Part shown: positions 27,111 to 36,814 of the stretch, in pieces | Layout of the letters: every line of letters begins with the position of its first letter | Position numbering within the stretch: the stretch's first letter is position 1 | Source of the DNA: Chloroflexota bacterium | GTDB lineage: Bacteria; Chloroflexota; Dehalococcoidia; Lucifugimonadales; UBA3495 | Reading direction: 5' to 3' | Assembly: GCA_022570905.1 (NCBI GenBank) | Contig: JACZYV010000001.1 | Span: 1-51,282, forward strand | DNA: 51,282 nucleotides | The notes under the pieces: model-generated | The model's input: only the letters and a program-made list of their open reading frames with translations | What the model was told of the DNA's origin: nothing | The model's database searches: none | Position numbers and translations under genes: made by a program

Positions 27111-28802
27111 ATGCCGATTTGGCGGGTGAAGGACCATGAACAGACAATCACATATCGCGGACAGATGTTAAAGATAGTTGGAAATCTTGGCTTAGTATCA
27201 GGCGCGATCGCCGGTGGTCTGTTGACCGCGCCGCTCATCGGCCTGATGTATCTGCTGGACAATCTGTTTGGGCTGCCTTTCCCTCCTTTCGCGTTATTCG
27301 ACTGGATCGCGCGGGTCCTGCCCGGCCCGTTGGTTACCTTCGGCATCGATCTAATGATTGACGGGATCAGGTTAGGCGGGTTGAGTGTTGCGGACACCGC
27401 TAAAACGGCCGAGCAGATCATGGCGGTCCTGTTGTTCCTCTCCATTGGAATCGCCGCAACCGCCCTCTTCTTCGCGGTGATGAGATCGCGAAACATCGCG
27501 CCCGAACCCATCTCCGGACTGGTTGTAGGCGGGCTATTTGGTCTGCCCATGACCGTGGTCAGCATCCCCATGGGTCAATCCACCCTTGACCCGGTCTCCG
27601 TCCTCCTGGGGCTCTTGGTCCCGTTCCTAGTCTGGGGGTTTGCCTGTGTCTCAGTGTACCGCCGCCTTACGGCCGAGTCCGATGGATTGATCACCGAGGA
27701 CGAGGTCCGTTGGTCGAAAAGCATCGGCCGGCGGGAGTTTCTGGTCCGTTTGGGCGCGGCCTCCGCGACGATCGTCGTTTTAAGCAGCGGCGCCGGTGGG
27801 ATGTTAGCCCAACGCGAACGGCGTGAGCTTAATCAAGCCATCGCCGCCATGGATGAGTCCAATCTAAGCGCCAGGGGAGCTTTCCCAAACGCGGACGACC
27901 CATTGATGCCCGCTCCCGGCACCCGGCCCGAATTTACCTCGGTCGAGGACCATTACAAAGTGTTCCTTCGCACCGAGCCGACGATAATCAACATCGATAC
28001 CTGGACGTTGCCCATCACCGGGCTGGTGGACAACCCGTTGGTGCTGACCCTGGATGACATACAAACTAATTATGAGTCGCGGGACCAATACATCACCCTT
28101 TCTTGCATCTCCGGGCGCATCCCCACAACGCTGATCAGCACGACTTGGTGGACGGGTGTCAGCCTGCAAAAAATACTGGCCGACGTACAAGTGCGCCCAG
28201 AAGCCCGCTACCTGATCATCACATCGGGAGATGGGTTTTATGAGACTGTCGACCTTGACCTGATCGCGTCCGACGAGCGGATCATGCTCGCCTACGCGTG
28301 GGACGGTCATCCCATTCCCTTCGATCACGGCTTTCCCTTGCGGATATGGCTGCCCGACCGTTATGGCATGAAGCAACCCAAGTGGATAACCGGTATCGAG
28401 GTCACCGACGAATACCGGCCAGGATATTGGGTGGAGCGGAGTTGGGATGAGGTGGCACAAGTCCAGGCGGTTTCTGTGATCGATACCGTAGCGGTAAAAG
28501 CCGTTATTGAGGCCGATGGCCAGAAGTTGGTCCCCATTGGGGGCATGGCGTTCGCCGGCGACCGGGGTATCTCGAAAGTTGAGGTTAGGGTGGATGGTGG
28601 TGAGTGGCGGGAAGCGCAATTGAGGGCTCCTCTATCAGAAACCACCTGGGTGATCTGGCGCTACGATTGGCCGTTTGCCGAAGGAAAGCACACTTTCGAG
28701 GTACGGTGTGCCGAGGCCGACGGCACGCCCCAGATCGAAACGGAACGCGGAAACCGCCCCAGCGGCGCAACCGGCATCCACCGCCGGAAAACCAACATCT
28801 GA
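27111..28802 (+). CDS. Membrane-anchored molybdopterin-dependent oxidoreductase (sulfite oxidase/YedY-like fold)
   Basis: About 200-aa polytopic N-terminal domain, then a Tat-like RREFLVRLGAASATIVVL. A Moco domain follows with the conserved Cys context ITLSCISGR and FPLRIWLPDRYGMKQPKWI. The C-terminus is an Ig-like domain. Confidence 0.8.
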   Translation: MPIWRVKDHEQTITYRGQMLKIVGNLGLVSGAIAGGLLTAPLIGLMYLLDNLFGLPFPPFALFDWIARVLPGPLVTFGIDLMIDGIRLGGLSVADTAKTAEQIMAVLLFLSIGIAATALFFAVMRSRNIAPEPISGLVVGGLFGLPMTVVSIPMGQSTLDPVSVLLGLLVPFLVWGFACVSVYRRLTAESDGLITEDEVRWSKSIGRREFLVRLGAASATIVVLSSGAGGMLAQRERRELNQAIAAMDESNLSARGAFPNADDPLMPAPGTRPEFTSVEDHYKVFLRTEPTIINIDTWTLPITGLVDNPLVLTLDDIQTNYESRDQYITLSCISGRIPTTLISTTWWTGVSLQKILADVQVRPEARYLIITSGDGFYETVDLDLIASDERIMLAYAWDGHPIPFDHGFPLRIWLPDRYGMKQPKWITGIEVTDEYRPGYWVERSWDEVAQVQAVSVIDTVAVKAVIEADGQKLVPIGGMAFAGDRGISKVEVRVDGGEWREAQLRAPLSETTWVIWRYDWPFAEGKHTFEVRCAEADGTPQIETERGNRPSGATGIHRRKTNI

Positions 28803-28889
28803 GCGATACGAGTCAATATCTAGTCACGACGAGTGCGTTCGGTCGTGGCGGTAGGTGTGGTCACTTGCCTGCCGCGGCTAGGCGGATGC

Positions 28890-29585
28890 CTAGACCGGCC
28901 CGATCTCTGACGCCAGCGTCTCCGGGATCCACCGGCCCAGCAGGTCTTCCAACTCGTCGCGGCACTCTTCCAGGCGGTGTTCCGCGCCTTCGTAAAGCAC
29001 CAGTTCCTTGGGCTCCTTGGCCATGTTGTATATCTGCTGGCCGCAACTGAACGCCAGGCGGGTGTCGGCCTTGCCGTGGACCACCAGCAGCTTGCGGGGG
29101 GCCACCTGCCCGGCCATACCGGCGCCGTAGGTCTGGGGAGACAGGGCGACCACGCCTTTTATGTGGGAGCTGTTGGCCCCGGCGGCAATGACCACGGCTC
29201 CCCCAAAGGAATGGCCAACCACCACCACCGGCTGGTGCCCGGCGCCTTTCAGGTAGGATACGCCGGCCAGCAGGTCCAGAGTGCACTCAAAGACATCCCC
29301 GGGGGAGCGGTAGTCCATTCGCAGAGAGGTGATTCCGTCTTCGGCGAACCGTTGGGACATCCGGGCGTAGGTGCCGGGGCCGGGACCGCCGAAGCCGCCG
29401 CGGGCGCCGCAGACCCAGATCACGGCTTGTTCGGCGCCGGTCGCTTGGTGGAGGATGACGTCGAAGTCCCCCCGGTTGGTCTTGAACTTGAGGCCTTCTC
29501 CGATGTCACCATCTGGGAGGTCGATACTCTCAACTTCCCGGATGCTCATCAGGTCGTCCACCGATCTTTCTTGGTCTTCCGGCAT
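28890..29585 (-). CDS. Alpha/beta hydrolase (dienelactone-hydrolase-like)
   Basis: VVVGHSFGG elbow. The ATG lies 2 nt after the upstream hydrolase stop (TAGATATG). Confidence 0.8.
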   Translation of the reverse strand: MPEDQERSVDDLMSIREVESIDLPDGDIGEGLKFKTNRGDFDVILHQATGAEQAVIWVCGARGGFGGPGPGTYARMSQRFAEDGITSLRMDYRSPGDVFECTLDLLAGVSYLKGAGHQPVVVVGHSFGGAVVIAAGANSSHIKGVVALSPQTYGAGMAGQVAPRKLLVVHGKADTRLAFSCGQQIYNMAKEPKELVLYEGAEHRLEECRDELEDLLGRWIPETLASEIGPV

Positions 29586-29587
29586 AT

Positions 29588-30427
29588 CTAGTCCAGGAAA
29601 TCGTGCAGGGCCCGGATGAATCCCGCAGGGTTGTCCTCGAAGACCATGTGGGCGGCCCGGTCAACGTGGACCAACCGGCCGTCGGGCAGGACCTGGACCA
29701 TCTTCTCGGCGGTCTCCAAACCCAGGGTGTCGGTCTCAGAGCCCCTGACGATCAGGACCGGGCATTTGATCTTGGGCAGGTCTAGCCAGAGGTCCGGCTG
29801 CTTCGACCCGGTGTTGTTCCGGCGTTGTTCTCTTATTTGAAGGTCGTAGCGCCAGCCGAACTTTCCGTTGGCCAGTTCCTTGGTCGCGTAGGTCAGGCGG
29901 CGGCGGAGCACCGGCTCGGAGCAGAACCGGTTCAGATTGCTCTGGTAGGCAACCACATCCTGAAAGGAGTCGAACTCCTCAGGCACGTCCTTTATCTCCT
30001 GGGTTATTCTTGCGGAGCCTTTGGGGTCGAGGTCGGGACCGATGTCCACGATGACCATCTTTTGCAGCTTTTCGGCGTTGCGGCCGGCGAAGGCCATGCT
30101 GTTGCGGCCGCCCATGGAGTGGCCTACCAATATGAACGAGTCCAGCCCAACAGCCTGGCAGAAGCCCTCCAGGTCGGCGACGAAGGACTGGCTGGAATAA
30201 TCTCCACCTGGCGCCCAGTCGCTCTCTCCCCTGCCCCGTTGGTCCAGGGCGAACACATGGTAGTCCTGACAGAATTCAGCGGAAACGTCGTCCCACGAGT
30301 GGCTGTGTCCCCGCAGTCCGTGGAGCAGCAGGACCTTGGGTTTGCCTTCGGCGCCCCAGTCCAGATAGTGCAGATTGATCCCGTTGACGTTTACTGTCTT
30401 GTCCTTGGGTTGCACCGATGTGGCCAT
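29588..30427 (-). CDS. Alpha/beta hydrolase
   Basis: LLLHGLRGHSHSWD (HG oxyanion region), LVGHSMGG elbow and a C-terminal AAHMVFEDNP His region. Confidence 0.85.
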   Translation of the reverse strand: MATSVQPKDKTVNVNGINLHYLDWGAEGKPKVLLLHGLRGHSHSWDDVSAEFCQDYHVFALDQRGRGESDWAPGGDYSSQSFVADLEGFCQAVGLDSFILVGHSMGGRNSMAFAGRNAEKLQKMVIVDIGPDLDPKGSARITQEIKDVPEEFDSFQDVVAYQSNLNRFCSEPVLRRRLTYATKELANGKFGWRYDLQIREQRRNNTGSKQPDLWLDLPKIKCPVLIVRGSETDTLGLETAEKMVQVLPDGRLVHVDRAAHMVFEDNPAGFIRALHDFLD

Positions 30428-30552
30428 CTCGTCTCCTCTAGGCGTGCCGGATTGGGCATCAGTTTAGCATACGGGTGCGACGCCCAGCCGGTTTGTGGTG
30501 GGTGTGCTAAGCTGGCCGAAATCCGCCGTCCGTGCCCTCAAGAGATATTTCC

Positions 30553-31515
30553 ATGAAAGCGATCCAGGTAACCGGCCCCCGTAGGCTTGAGTTGACCGAC
30601 GTGCCGGTCCCGGAGCCAGCCGACGGCGAAGTCCTGGTCAGGTTGGAAGCCCTGTCGGTCTGCGGCACGGACATGATGGCCTACCGTCACCCACAGCCGG
30701 AAGAGGACTATCCGCTGGGTCCGGGGACTCCGTGCCACGAGTGCGCCGGGACCATCGTGCGGTCCCGGTCTGAAGAATGGCCCGAAGGACGCCGGGTGAT
30801 CTACCTGCCCGCCCTGAACCTGAACGGCGGCGCCGAATACGTGGTGGCCCAGCCGGACACCCTGGTGACCCTGCCGGACGACGGCGACATGGGCGAATGG
30901 CTGATGTGCCAACCCCTGGGCACCGTTTTGTACGCCCTGGAGCGGGTTGGGCCCATCGCCGGAAAGAATGTGGCGGTCCTGGGACAGGGGTGCATCGGGC
31001 TGCTTTTCACCATGACTCTGAAGCAGATGGGCGCGCGAAAGGTGATCGCCATCGACCCCCATGAGAGCCGGTTGGCGATGGCCCGGAAACTGGGCGCGGA
31101 CCTGGCCGTAAATTCCAGCAGGGTCGCGCCGGAGAAGGTTGTGCGGGAAGTGTTCGGCAACCAGGGAGCCGACATGGTGGTGGAAGCCAGCGGCGACGCC
31201 GGCGCCTTGGACCAGTGCGTGGCCATGGCGAGGATGTATGGCACGCTGGTGCTCTTCGGCATACCAGAGGAAAAGGAAGTCACCTTTGACTACATGGGGG
31301 CCATCTCCAAGCAATTGAACATGGTCGGCACGGTCAGCGCCACCTGTGAGGCCCCGGCCAGGCCCATCCAGCAGGCGGTGGACCTGCGGGCCAGGGGCGA
31401 GACCGACCTGTCATGGCTGATCACCCACCGCTTCGGTTTCGACGAAGCCCCCAAGGGGTACGAGCTTTACGCCAACAGGGAGGACGGGCTGATCAAGCTG
31501 GTGCTGGAGATCTAA
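30553..31515 (+). CDS. Zinc-dependent medium-chain alcohol/polyol dehydrogenase
   Basis: SVCGTD...PCHECAG Zn-ligand pattern and a Rossmann VLGQGCIG. The MKAIQV start at 30553 is preferred over GTG 30532. Confidence 0.85.
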   Translation: MKAIQVTGPRRLELTDVPVPEPADGEVLVRLEALSVCGTDMMAYRHPQPEEDYPLGPGTPCHECAGTIVRSRSEEWPEGRRVIYLPALNLNGGAEYVVAQPDTLVTLPDDGDMGEWLMCQPLGTVLYALERVGPIAGKNVAVLGQGCIGLLFTMTLKQMGARKVIAIDPHESRLAMARKLGADLAVNSSRVAPEKVVREVFGNQGADMVVEASGDAGALDQCVAMARMYGTLVLFGIPEEKEVTFDYMGAISKQLNMVGTVSATCEAPARPIQQAVDLRARGETDLSWLITHRFGFDEAPKGYELYANREDGLIKLVLEI

Positions 31516-31523
31516 CGGGGCGG

Positions 31524-32252
31524 TTACCGCCTGATGATCAGCAGGGAGAAGTAGTCCAGGTCCTCGGTTTCCAGCTTCGAGATATCTTCCACCACGTTTT
31601 CCCTGGCGGTGGTGGCCTGGCGCACGTAGGTGGCCTTGCCGGTGAGACCGAGTTTTTCCCGGCTGGCCAGGGCCTGCAGCAGGTCCCGGTCCACCTCCAT
31701 CAGCACCGTGGTGTCCGAATTGGCGATCGCCTCCATGAGGTCGTCGATACCGTAGACACTGGGCAGGATCGTCAGCCGCTGCCCGTGGGTGACCAGAGGC
31801 GTTCCGGAACTGGCCGCCGCCGCCATCACGGACGAAACGCCGGGGATGACCTCAACATCCAGATCGGGAACAACCGACTTCACGCTCTCCAAAACCTGAA
31901 AGAACTCGCTGTAGAGCATGGGGTCGCCTTCGGTGATGAAGGCAACGTCTCGTCCCTGACCCAGATGGCCCGCGATCTCTTTGGCCGCATCGGCCCAGGT
32001 CTGCGGGCTGACCGGCGTGTCGTCGTCGGAGGGGATCGTAATGGCCAAAAATTCCGGATTCGCCGCCTCAAGGATGCCCCGCACCACGCTGAGCGCGTAG
32101 CTCTCTTTGCCGTCGTCCAATTGGGTGAAGCAGATCACGGGTACGCTCTGCAGCTTCCGCTGGGCCTTGATGGTCAAAAGCTCCGGGTCGCCCGGGCCAA
32201 CTCCGATGCCGAAGAGGCTTCCCGGCCGGTTATTTCCGCCGCTGGTTGTCAT
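31524..32252 (-). CDS. cobI: Tetrapyrrole methylase, precorrin-2 C20-methyltransferase-like (CobI/CbiL)
   Basis: LFGIGVGPGDPELLTIKA N-terminal signature, FITEGDPMLYS and IPGVSS blocks of the TP_methylase family. Confidence 0.75.
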   Translation of the reverse strand: MTTSGGNNRPGSLFGIGVGPGDPELLTIKAQRKLQSVPVICFTQLDDGKESYALSVVRGILEAANPEFLAITIPSDDDTPVSPQTWADAAKEIAGHLGQGRDVAFITEGDPMLYSEFFQVLESVKSVVPDLDVEVIPGVSSVMAAAASSGTPLVTHGQRLTILPSVYGIDDLMEAIANSDTTVLMEVDRDLLQALASREKLGLTGKATYVRQATTARENVVEDISKLETEDLDYFSLLIIRR

Positions 32253-32307
32253 TAGATCGTTACTCTAAACTGCGCTGCCGCAGTGAATCTCGGATTGATC
32301 GACCGGA

Positions 32308-33810
32308 TCATCGTTCTTGGGCCATGACCCAATCGTAGATATGCATGGTAGCAAAACAATCGTCCTCGTTGTAGACGAGGATCTTGTCTTTGGAAGTCCG
32401 GTCTGTACTCCCGGATTCGACGTATTTCATATAAAGGTCCATGGACCCAACACCGGTCACATCGTCCTGGCGCCACTTGAAATCCAGGCTCTTGGCGATG
32501 GCCTTGAGCCCCTCCCCATAAGCCGGAAAGGCGAATCCCTTGGTGGTCCAGGGCGACAGGTCTTCCATGCGGTCCAACACCGCCGCCGCCAACCGCGGGT
32601 CGACACCGTACCTCTCGACCATTTTCGTGAGATGGGTGCGCTCGTAGTGGTGCCAGTGGTAGAAAACCGGGTCTTCCAAGGAATCGGCCCACTCCAGAAA
32701 ATCGATCAGGTTGCCATCTTCTTCGTCGAAACTATCGGCGAAGAATGCCTTGTATTCAGCTTTTGCTCCGGCCGTCCGGTAGACCGCGCCGATGAGGTAA
32801 TTGACCATCTCCAGCCCGTTGCCGTCTTCATCGCCCGGGCCGCGGCCCTGAGCGCCGGTGTCCTGGGCACCCTCAAAGTCGAAGAAGACCTCGGTCTTGC
32901 CCCGGCGCAATTCTCCAAGGTCTCCTCGCGGCTGCGGTTTATTCCCCTGTATCGCCTGGGCCGACACCACCATCTTCTTGGCCGAAGCCGCTCCGATCCG
33001 TTTAACGCTGACCAGCTCGGTCTCATTGGCAGTGGCGATGCTCTCCAAGGTCGCGTAGCCGGCTGCCACCAGGTTGGTGCGGACCGACGCACCGACTCCG
33101 GTGATCAGGGAGACGTCGTTGGCCGCGACCGCCTGGGCGTCCACGTAGGACGTCCAAGGCCATCGGGCGACGCCGTAACAGAAATCGACCGGTTTCCCTG
33201 CCATTATCTCTCTGACCTCTTCCAGCACCTGGTCCAGCCGCTGGTCAACCTCGGCCATGGTCACCGGGATAACGTCAAAGTCGCCGTTGACCATCTGGAA
33301 CACGGGGGGTTCGTAGCCCTGGACGAGCCCCAGCACCCGGTTATATAGCGCTCCCTGCAATATCTGGGACTCCCGCAGCCTGCGGGCCGACTTGATCTCA
33401 ATCACCCGGTAACTGAAATCGCCGAAAACGGACGGAACACCGTCCACCCGTTCCAGTACATCTGGGCGTCCGGTGAGGCCCTGAGGCCAGCAGACCAGGG
33501 GCATGTTCTTGATGAACACCCCGCCCTCCGACATGATTTCCAAAGACCGGCGAAAGCCCTCTTCCTCGGTGGTGAAGACCTTTTGAATACCGCCAGGATA
33601 GAGCCGCTCGTTGACCCGGTCCTGATGCGTGTTGCCAATGTCAAAGATGTGCTGTTGGAAGTCGTTCATCGGGTCTTTGGCGCCGGCCGGAGCGTGCAGA
33701 CCGCACCAGAAGGCGATGGGCGATTCGAGGTAGCGCTCGACCCAGCCCGCCCTGACGGCCCCGCTGCCGGCGCCACTGGTGAACTGGCGATAGATGTCTT
33801 CTATATTCAT
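32308..33810 (-). CDS. TM0106-family putative RecB-like nuclease (PD-(D/E)XK + HhH + RNase H-like domains)
   Basis: GRPDVLERV....YRVIEIKSAR (D..ExK), central helix-hairpin-helix ITGVGASVRTNLVAAGYATL, C-terminal VFFDFEG ... YNEDDC. Confidence 0.75.
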   Translation of the reverse strand: MNIEDIYRQFTSGAGSGAVRAGWVERYLESPIAFWCGLHAPAGAKDPMNDFQQHIFDIGNTHQDRVNERLYPGGIQKVFTTEEEGFRRSLEIMSEGGVFIKNMPLVCWPQGLTGRPDVLERVDGVPSVFGDFSYRVIEIKSARRLRESQILQGALYNRVLGLVQGYEPPVFQMVNGDFDVIPVTMAEVDQRLDQVLEEVREIMAGKPVDFCYGVARWPWTSYVDAQAVAANDVSLITGVGASVRTNLVAAGYATLESIATANETELVSVKRIGAASAKKMVVSAQAIQGNKPQPRGDLGELRRGKTEVFFDFEGAQDTGAQGRGPGDEDGNGLEMVNYLIGAVYRTAGAKAEYKAFFADSFDEEDGNLIDFLEWADSLEDPVFYHWHHYERTHLTKMVERYGVDPRLAAAVLDRMEDLSPWTTKGFAFPAYGEGLKAIAKSLDFKWRQDDVTGVGSMDLYMKYVESGSTDRTSKDKILVYNEDDCFATMHIYDWVMAQER

Positions 33811-33915
33811 AGTGAATCCGGGTTAACAACCGCACCGGCCGGTCTAGGACCAAGGCCTGGCTATGCTAAAGTCTGGGTTCAGAAAACGCTGGGCGCGGGA
33901 CCAAATGCGGGTTGG

Positions 33916-36411
33916 TTACTCGACCACCACATTGACCAGCCGGCCTGGAACGTAGACGGTTTTGGCCACCGACTTGCCTTGAACGTAGGGTTGGACCCGC
34001 GGGCTGGCCAGGGCCAACGCCTGCGCTTCCTTCTCTTCGATATTCACGGAAACTTCGATCTTGTCCCGCACCTTGCCATTGACCTGCACGATCAAGGTGA
34101 TGACGTCTTCGGCCGCCAGGTCATCGTCCCAAGTGGGAAAGTCCTGTTGGTGGATGCTGTAGGGGTGGCCGTTCATCTCCCACAGTTCCTCGGTCATATG
34201 GGGGGCCATGGGAGCCAGCAGGAGCAGTAATTTTGACGTGCACTCCCGCCAGGTCTCGGCGTCGATGCTGGCGTCGGCCCAGACCCGGTTCAGATGGTTG
34301 GTGAATTCCATGAGGCAAGCGATGGCGGTGTTGAACTTGAACCGGTCCAGGTCGTTGTGACACTTGCGAATGGTCTGGTGCAGCAGGCGGTTGGTGTCCC
34401 GCACCACGTCCGCATTCACCGAAGTATCGCCTAATTTATCCGCGTCCCGCGCCGCGATATCCCAGACCCGGTTCAGCCAGCGGGCGGTGCCATTTATGCC
34501 CACGTCGCTCCAGGGGCCACCCTGGTCCCACGGCCCGATGAACATCAGGAAACAGCGCACCGCGTCGGCCCCAAGTTTGCTGACGAAATCGTCGGGGTTG
34601 ACCACGTTTCCCCGGCTCTTGCTCATCTTTTCATGGTCTGCGCCCAGGATCACGCCCTGGTTGAACAGCCTCAAAAAGGGCTCGTCATAATCCACCAGGC
34701 CCATGTCGTGCATGCCCTTGGTGAAGAAACGGGAGTAGAGCAGGTGCATCACCGCGTGCTCGGCCCCGCCCGTGTACTGGTCCACCGTCATCCACTGTTT
34801 GAGCACTTTTGGACCGGCCGGTTCGTCCTCGTTGTGGGGGTCCAAGTAGCGCATCATGTACCAGGACGAGTCCATGAAGGTGTCCATGGTGTCGGTCTCA
34901 CGGCGGGCGTCCTCGCCGCACTTAGGACACTTGGTGTGGACGAAATCATGGTTGGCCGCCAAGGGCGACTCGCCGGTGGGCTTGAAATCAGCGTCCTGGG
35001 GCAGAAGCACCGGCAGGTCTGCTTCGGGCACCGGCACCACCCCGCAGGTATCGCAGTAGACCATGGGGATCGGTGTGCCCCAATACCTTTGTCTTGAGAT
35101 CAGCCAGTCACGCATGCGGAACGAGACGGTCCGGCTGCCCCAGCCTTTCTTCTCCAGGTCAATGGCGATCGCTGTCTTGCCCTCATCGTTGGTCATTCCA
35201 TCGTAGGCGCCGGAGTTGGTCATGAAGCCGTCGCCCAAGTAGGCTTCGCCAAGCTCCTTGCCGTCCCATTCGATGGGCGCGATCACGATGCGGATGGGCA
35301 GCTTGTATTTCCGGGCGAAGATGAAGTCCCGGGCGTCGTGGGCCGGCACGCCCATCACCGCGCCGGTGCCGTAGGTCGTAAGCACGTAGTCCCCGATATA
35401 TATGGGGACCCGCTCTCCGTTCAGACGGTTCACCGCGTAACTCCCGGTGAACACCCCGGTCTTCTCTTTGTCGCTGGAGAGTCGGTCGATCTCGGAGGTC
35501 TGGCGGGCCTTGGCGATGTAGTCATCCACAGCCTGCCGGTTCTTGGCGGACGTCAGCTTGGGGACCAAGTCATGCTCAGGGGCCAACACGATGAATGTCA
35601 CGCCGAAGATGGTGTCGATTCGAGTGGTGAAGGTGCGTATCTCCGTCTCTTCCAAAGCAGCGCCGTCGCTATCTCTGACCGCGGAGATGTCAAAGGATAT
35701 CTCCACGCCCTCGCTGCGGCCGATCCAGTTCTGCTGCATGGTCAGAATCTTGTCCGGCCAATCTTCAAGGCCGGTGAAATCCAGGAGCCGGTCGGCGTAC
35801 TCGGTGATCTTGAAGAACCACTGCTCCAGGTCGCGGCGGGTGATCTCCGTGCCGCAGCGCTCGCAAGTACCGTTCAAAACCTGCTCATTGGCCAGCACCG
35901 TTTGACAGGACGGACACCAGACGACGGGCGCTTTGGCCCGGTAGGCCAGGCCCTTTTCGAAGAATTTTAGGAAGAACCATTGGTTCCACCGGTAATACTC
36001 GGGCAGGCAGGTGATCACCTCCCGGTCCCAATCGTAACTGGCCCCCAGAGACCGTAGCTGCCGGCGCATATTATCGATGTTGCTGATGGTCCATTCGTAG
36101 GGATGGATGCCACGGCTGATGGCGGCGTTCTCGGCGGGCAGCCCAAAGGCGTCGAACCCGATGGGATGGAGTACGTTGTAGCCTTGCATCCTACGGAAGC
36201 GGGCGTGGCTGTCGGCCGGGGCCATGGCGTACCAGTGACCGATGTGCAGGTCGCCCGAAGGGTACGGGTACATGGTCATTTCGTACCATTTTGGGCGGGG
36301 GTCGTCGTCGGAGACTTTATGCAGGCCGTCCTGCTCCCAACGTGCCTGCCATTTGCGGTCTATCGCTGCGGGGTCAAAAGCCAGTTCGACCTGCCGGGGG
36401 CTGCTGGTCAT
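33916..36411 (-). CDS. leuS: Leucine--tRNA ligase
   Basis: 831 aa with HIGH motif (DLHIGHWY), KMSKS motif (EKMSKSRGN) and a CP1 editing insertion. SD AAGGTGA lies 6 nt before the ATG. Confidence 0.97.
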   Translation of the reverse strand: MTSSPRQVELAFDPAAIDRKWQARWEQDGLHKVSDDDPRPKWYEMTMYPYPSGDLHIGHWYAMAPADSHARFRRMQGYNVLHPIGFDAFGLPAENAAISRGIHPYEWTISNIDNMRRQLRSLGASYDWDREVITCLPEYYRWNQWFFLKFFEKGLAYRAKAPVVWCPSCQTVLANEQVLNGTCERCGTEITRRDLEQWFFKITEYADRLLDFTGLEDWPDKILTMQQNWIGRSEGVEISFDISAVRDSDGAALEETEIRTFTTRIDTIFGVTFIVLAPEHDLVPKLTSAKNRQAVDDYIAKARQTSEIDRLSSDKEKTGVFTGSYAVNRLNGERVPIYIGDYVLTTYGTGAVMGVPAHDARDFIFARKYKLPIRIVIAPIEWDGKELGEAYLGDGFMTNSGAYDGMTNDEGKTAIAIDLEKKGWGSRTVSFRMRDWLISRQRYWGTPIPMVYCDTCGVVPVPEADLPVLLPQDADFKPTGESPLAANHDFVHTKCPKCGEDARRETDTMDTFMDSSWYMMRYLDPHNEDEPAGPKVLKQWMTVDQYTGGAEHAVMHLLYSRFFTKGMHDMGLVDYDEPFLRLFNQGVILGADHEKMSKSRGNVVNPDDFVSKLGADAVRCFLMFIGPWDQGGPWSDVGINGTARWLNRVWDIAARDADKLGDTSVNADVVRDTNRLLHQTIRKCHNDLDRFKFNTAIACLMEFTNHLNRVWADASIDAETWRECTSKLLLLLAPMAPHMTEELWEMNGHPYSIHQQDFPTWDDDLAAEDVITLIVQVNGKVRDKIEVSVNIEEKEAQALALASPRVQPYVQGKSVAKTVYVPGRLVNVVVE

Positions 36412-36575
36412 CTATAGTCACCTTAATGCGAGGCGCCTCAAGTTCTGGGCGCCGCAATTTCACCCTCTGGGGCCAACGTTGCTCGTGCCAATCATATTAG
36501 CATACAAGCTGTTTCAGTCTCGAAATCAGACAGCGCGGGTATGGTGTTTTCAGCGGAAACGGCCCACCGGGTTCA

Positions 36576-36604
36576 TTGACACAAGAAAGGGCAAATTCTA
36601 AAAT
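36576..36604 (+). promoter_or_regulatory. Candidate strong sigma70-type promoter upstream of trkH
   Basis: TTGACA (36576-36581), exactly 17 nt, TAAAAT (36599-36604). This leaves an approximately 200-nt pyrimidine-rich leader before ATG 36815. Confidence 0.5.
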
Positions 36605-36814
36605 TCTATCTGCCTCATATCTTCTTCTTGAAAATTCGGTTTCAGGCGTTTTGGCGCTTCCATCAGAGGCCCTTTCCTCACGTCTGCCCACACGTCTTCT
36701 CACAGATTTCCCTCCTTTGTTGGATGCCTATGGCCATTTCATATTGCCGTTTCCCATCTGCTGTCCAGATATTCAGCGGCGGTCGGTTGCCGTTTTTGTT
36801 GCTAGGCGCTGAAC

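Noticed and set aside
30538-33348. Long antisense ORFs 30538-31314(-), 31413-32255(+) and 32317-33348(+), opposite the ADH, cobI and RecB-like genes
   Set aside because: Each fully overlaps a motif-supported gene on the other strand, is Arg/Gly/His/Pro-rich and has no recognisable domain. These are high-GC open-frame artefacts.
32308-33810. RecB-like nuclease as part of a defence system
   Set aside because: There is no partner ATPase, methylase, helicase, sensor or mobile-element context. The flanks are leuS and a tetrapyrrole methylase. It is the TM0106 family architecture as a single gene.
36412-36575. T-box leader upstream of leuS
   Set aside because: No T-box consensus (GGGTGGTACCGCG-like) and no terminator/antiterminator pair with a U-run. 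There is only a GGCGCC-N10-GGCGCC hairpin next to the SD.
36605-36814. c-di-AMP (ydaO/kimA-type) riboswitch in the 200-nt trkH leader
   Set aside because: The leader is pyrimidine-rich. It lacks the pseudo-symmetric ACGGGGA / CCCG...GAATC-type conserved cores I recall for this class. Still worth an Rfam scan.
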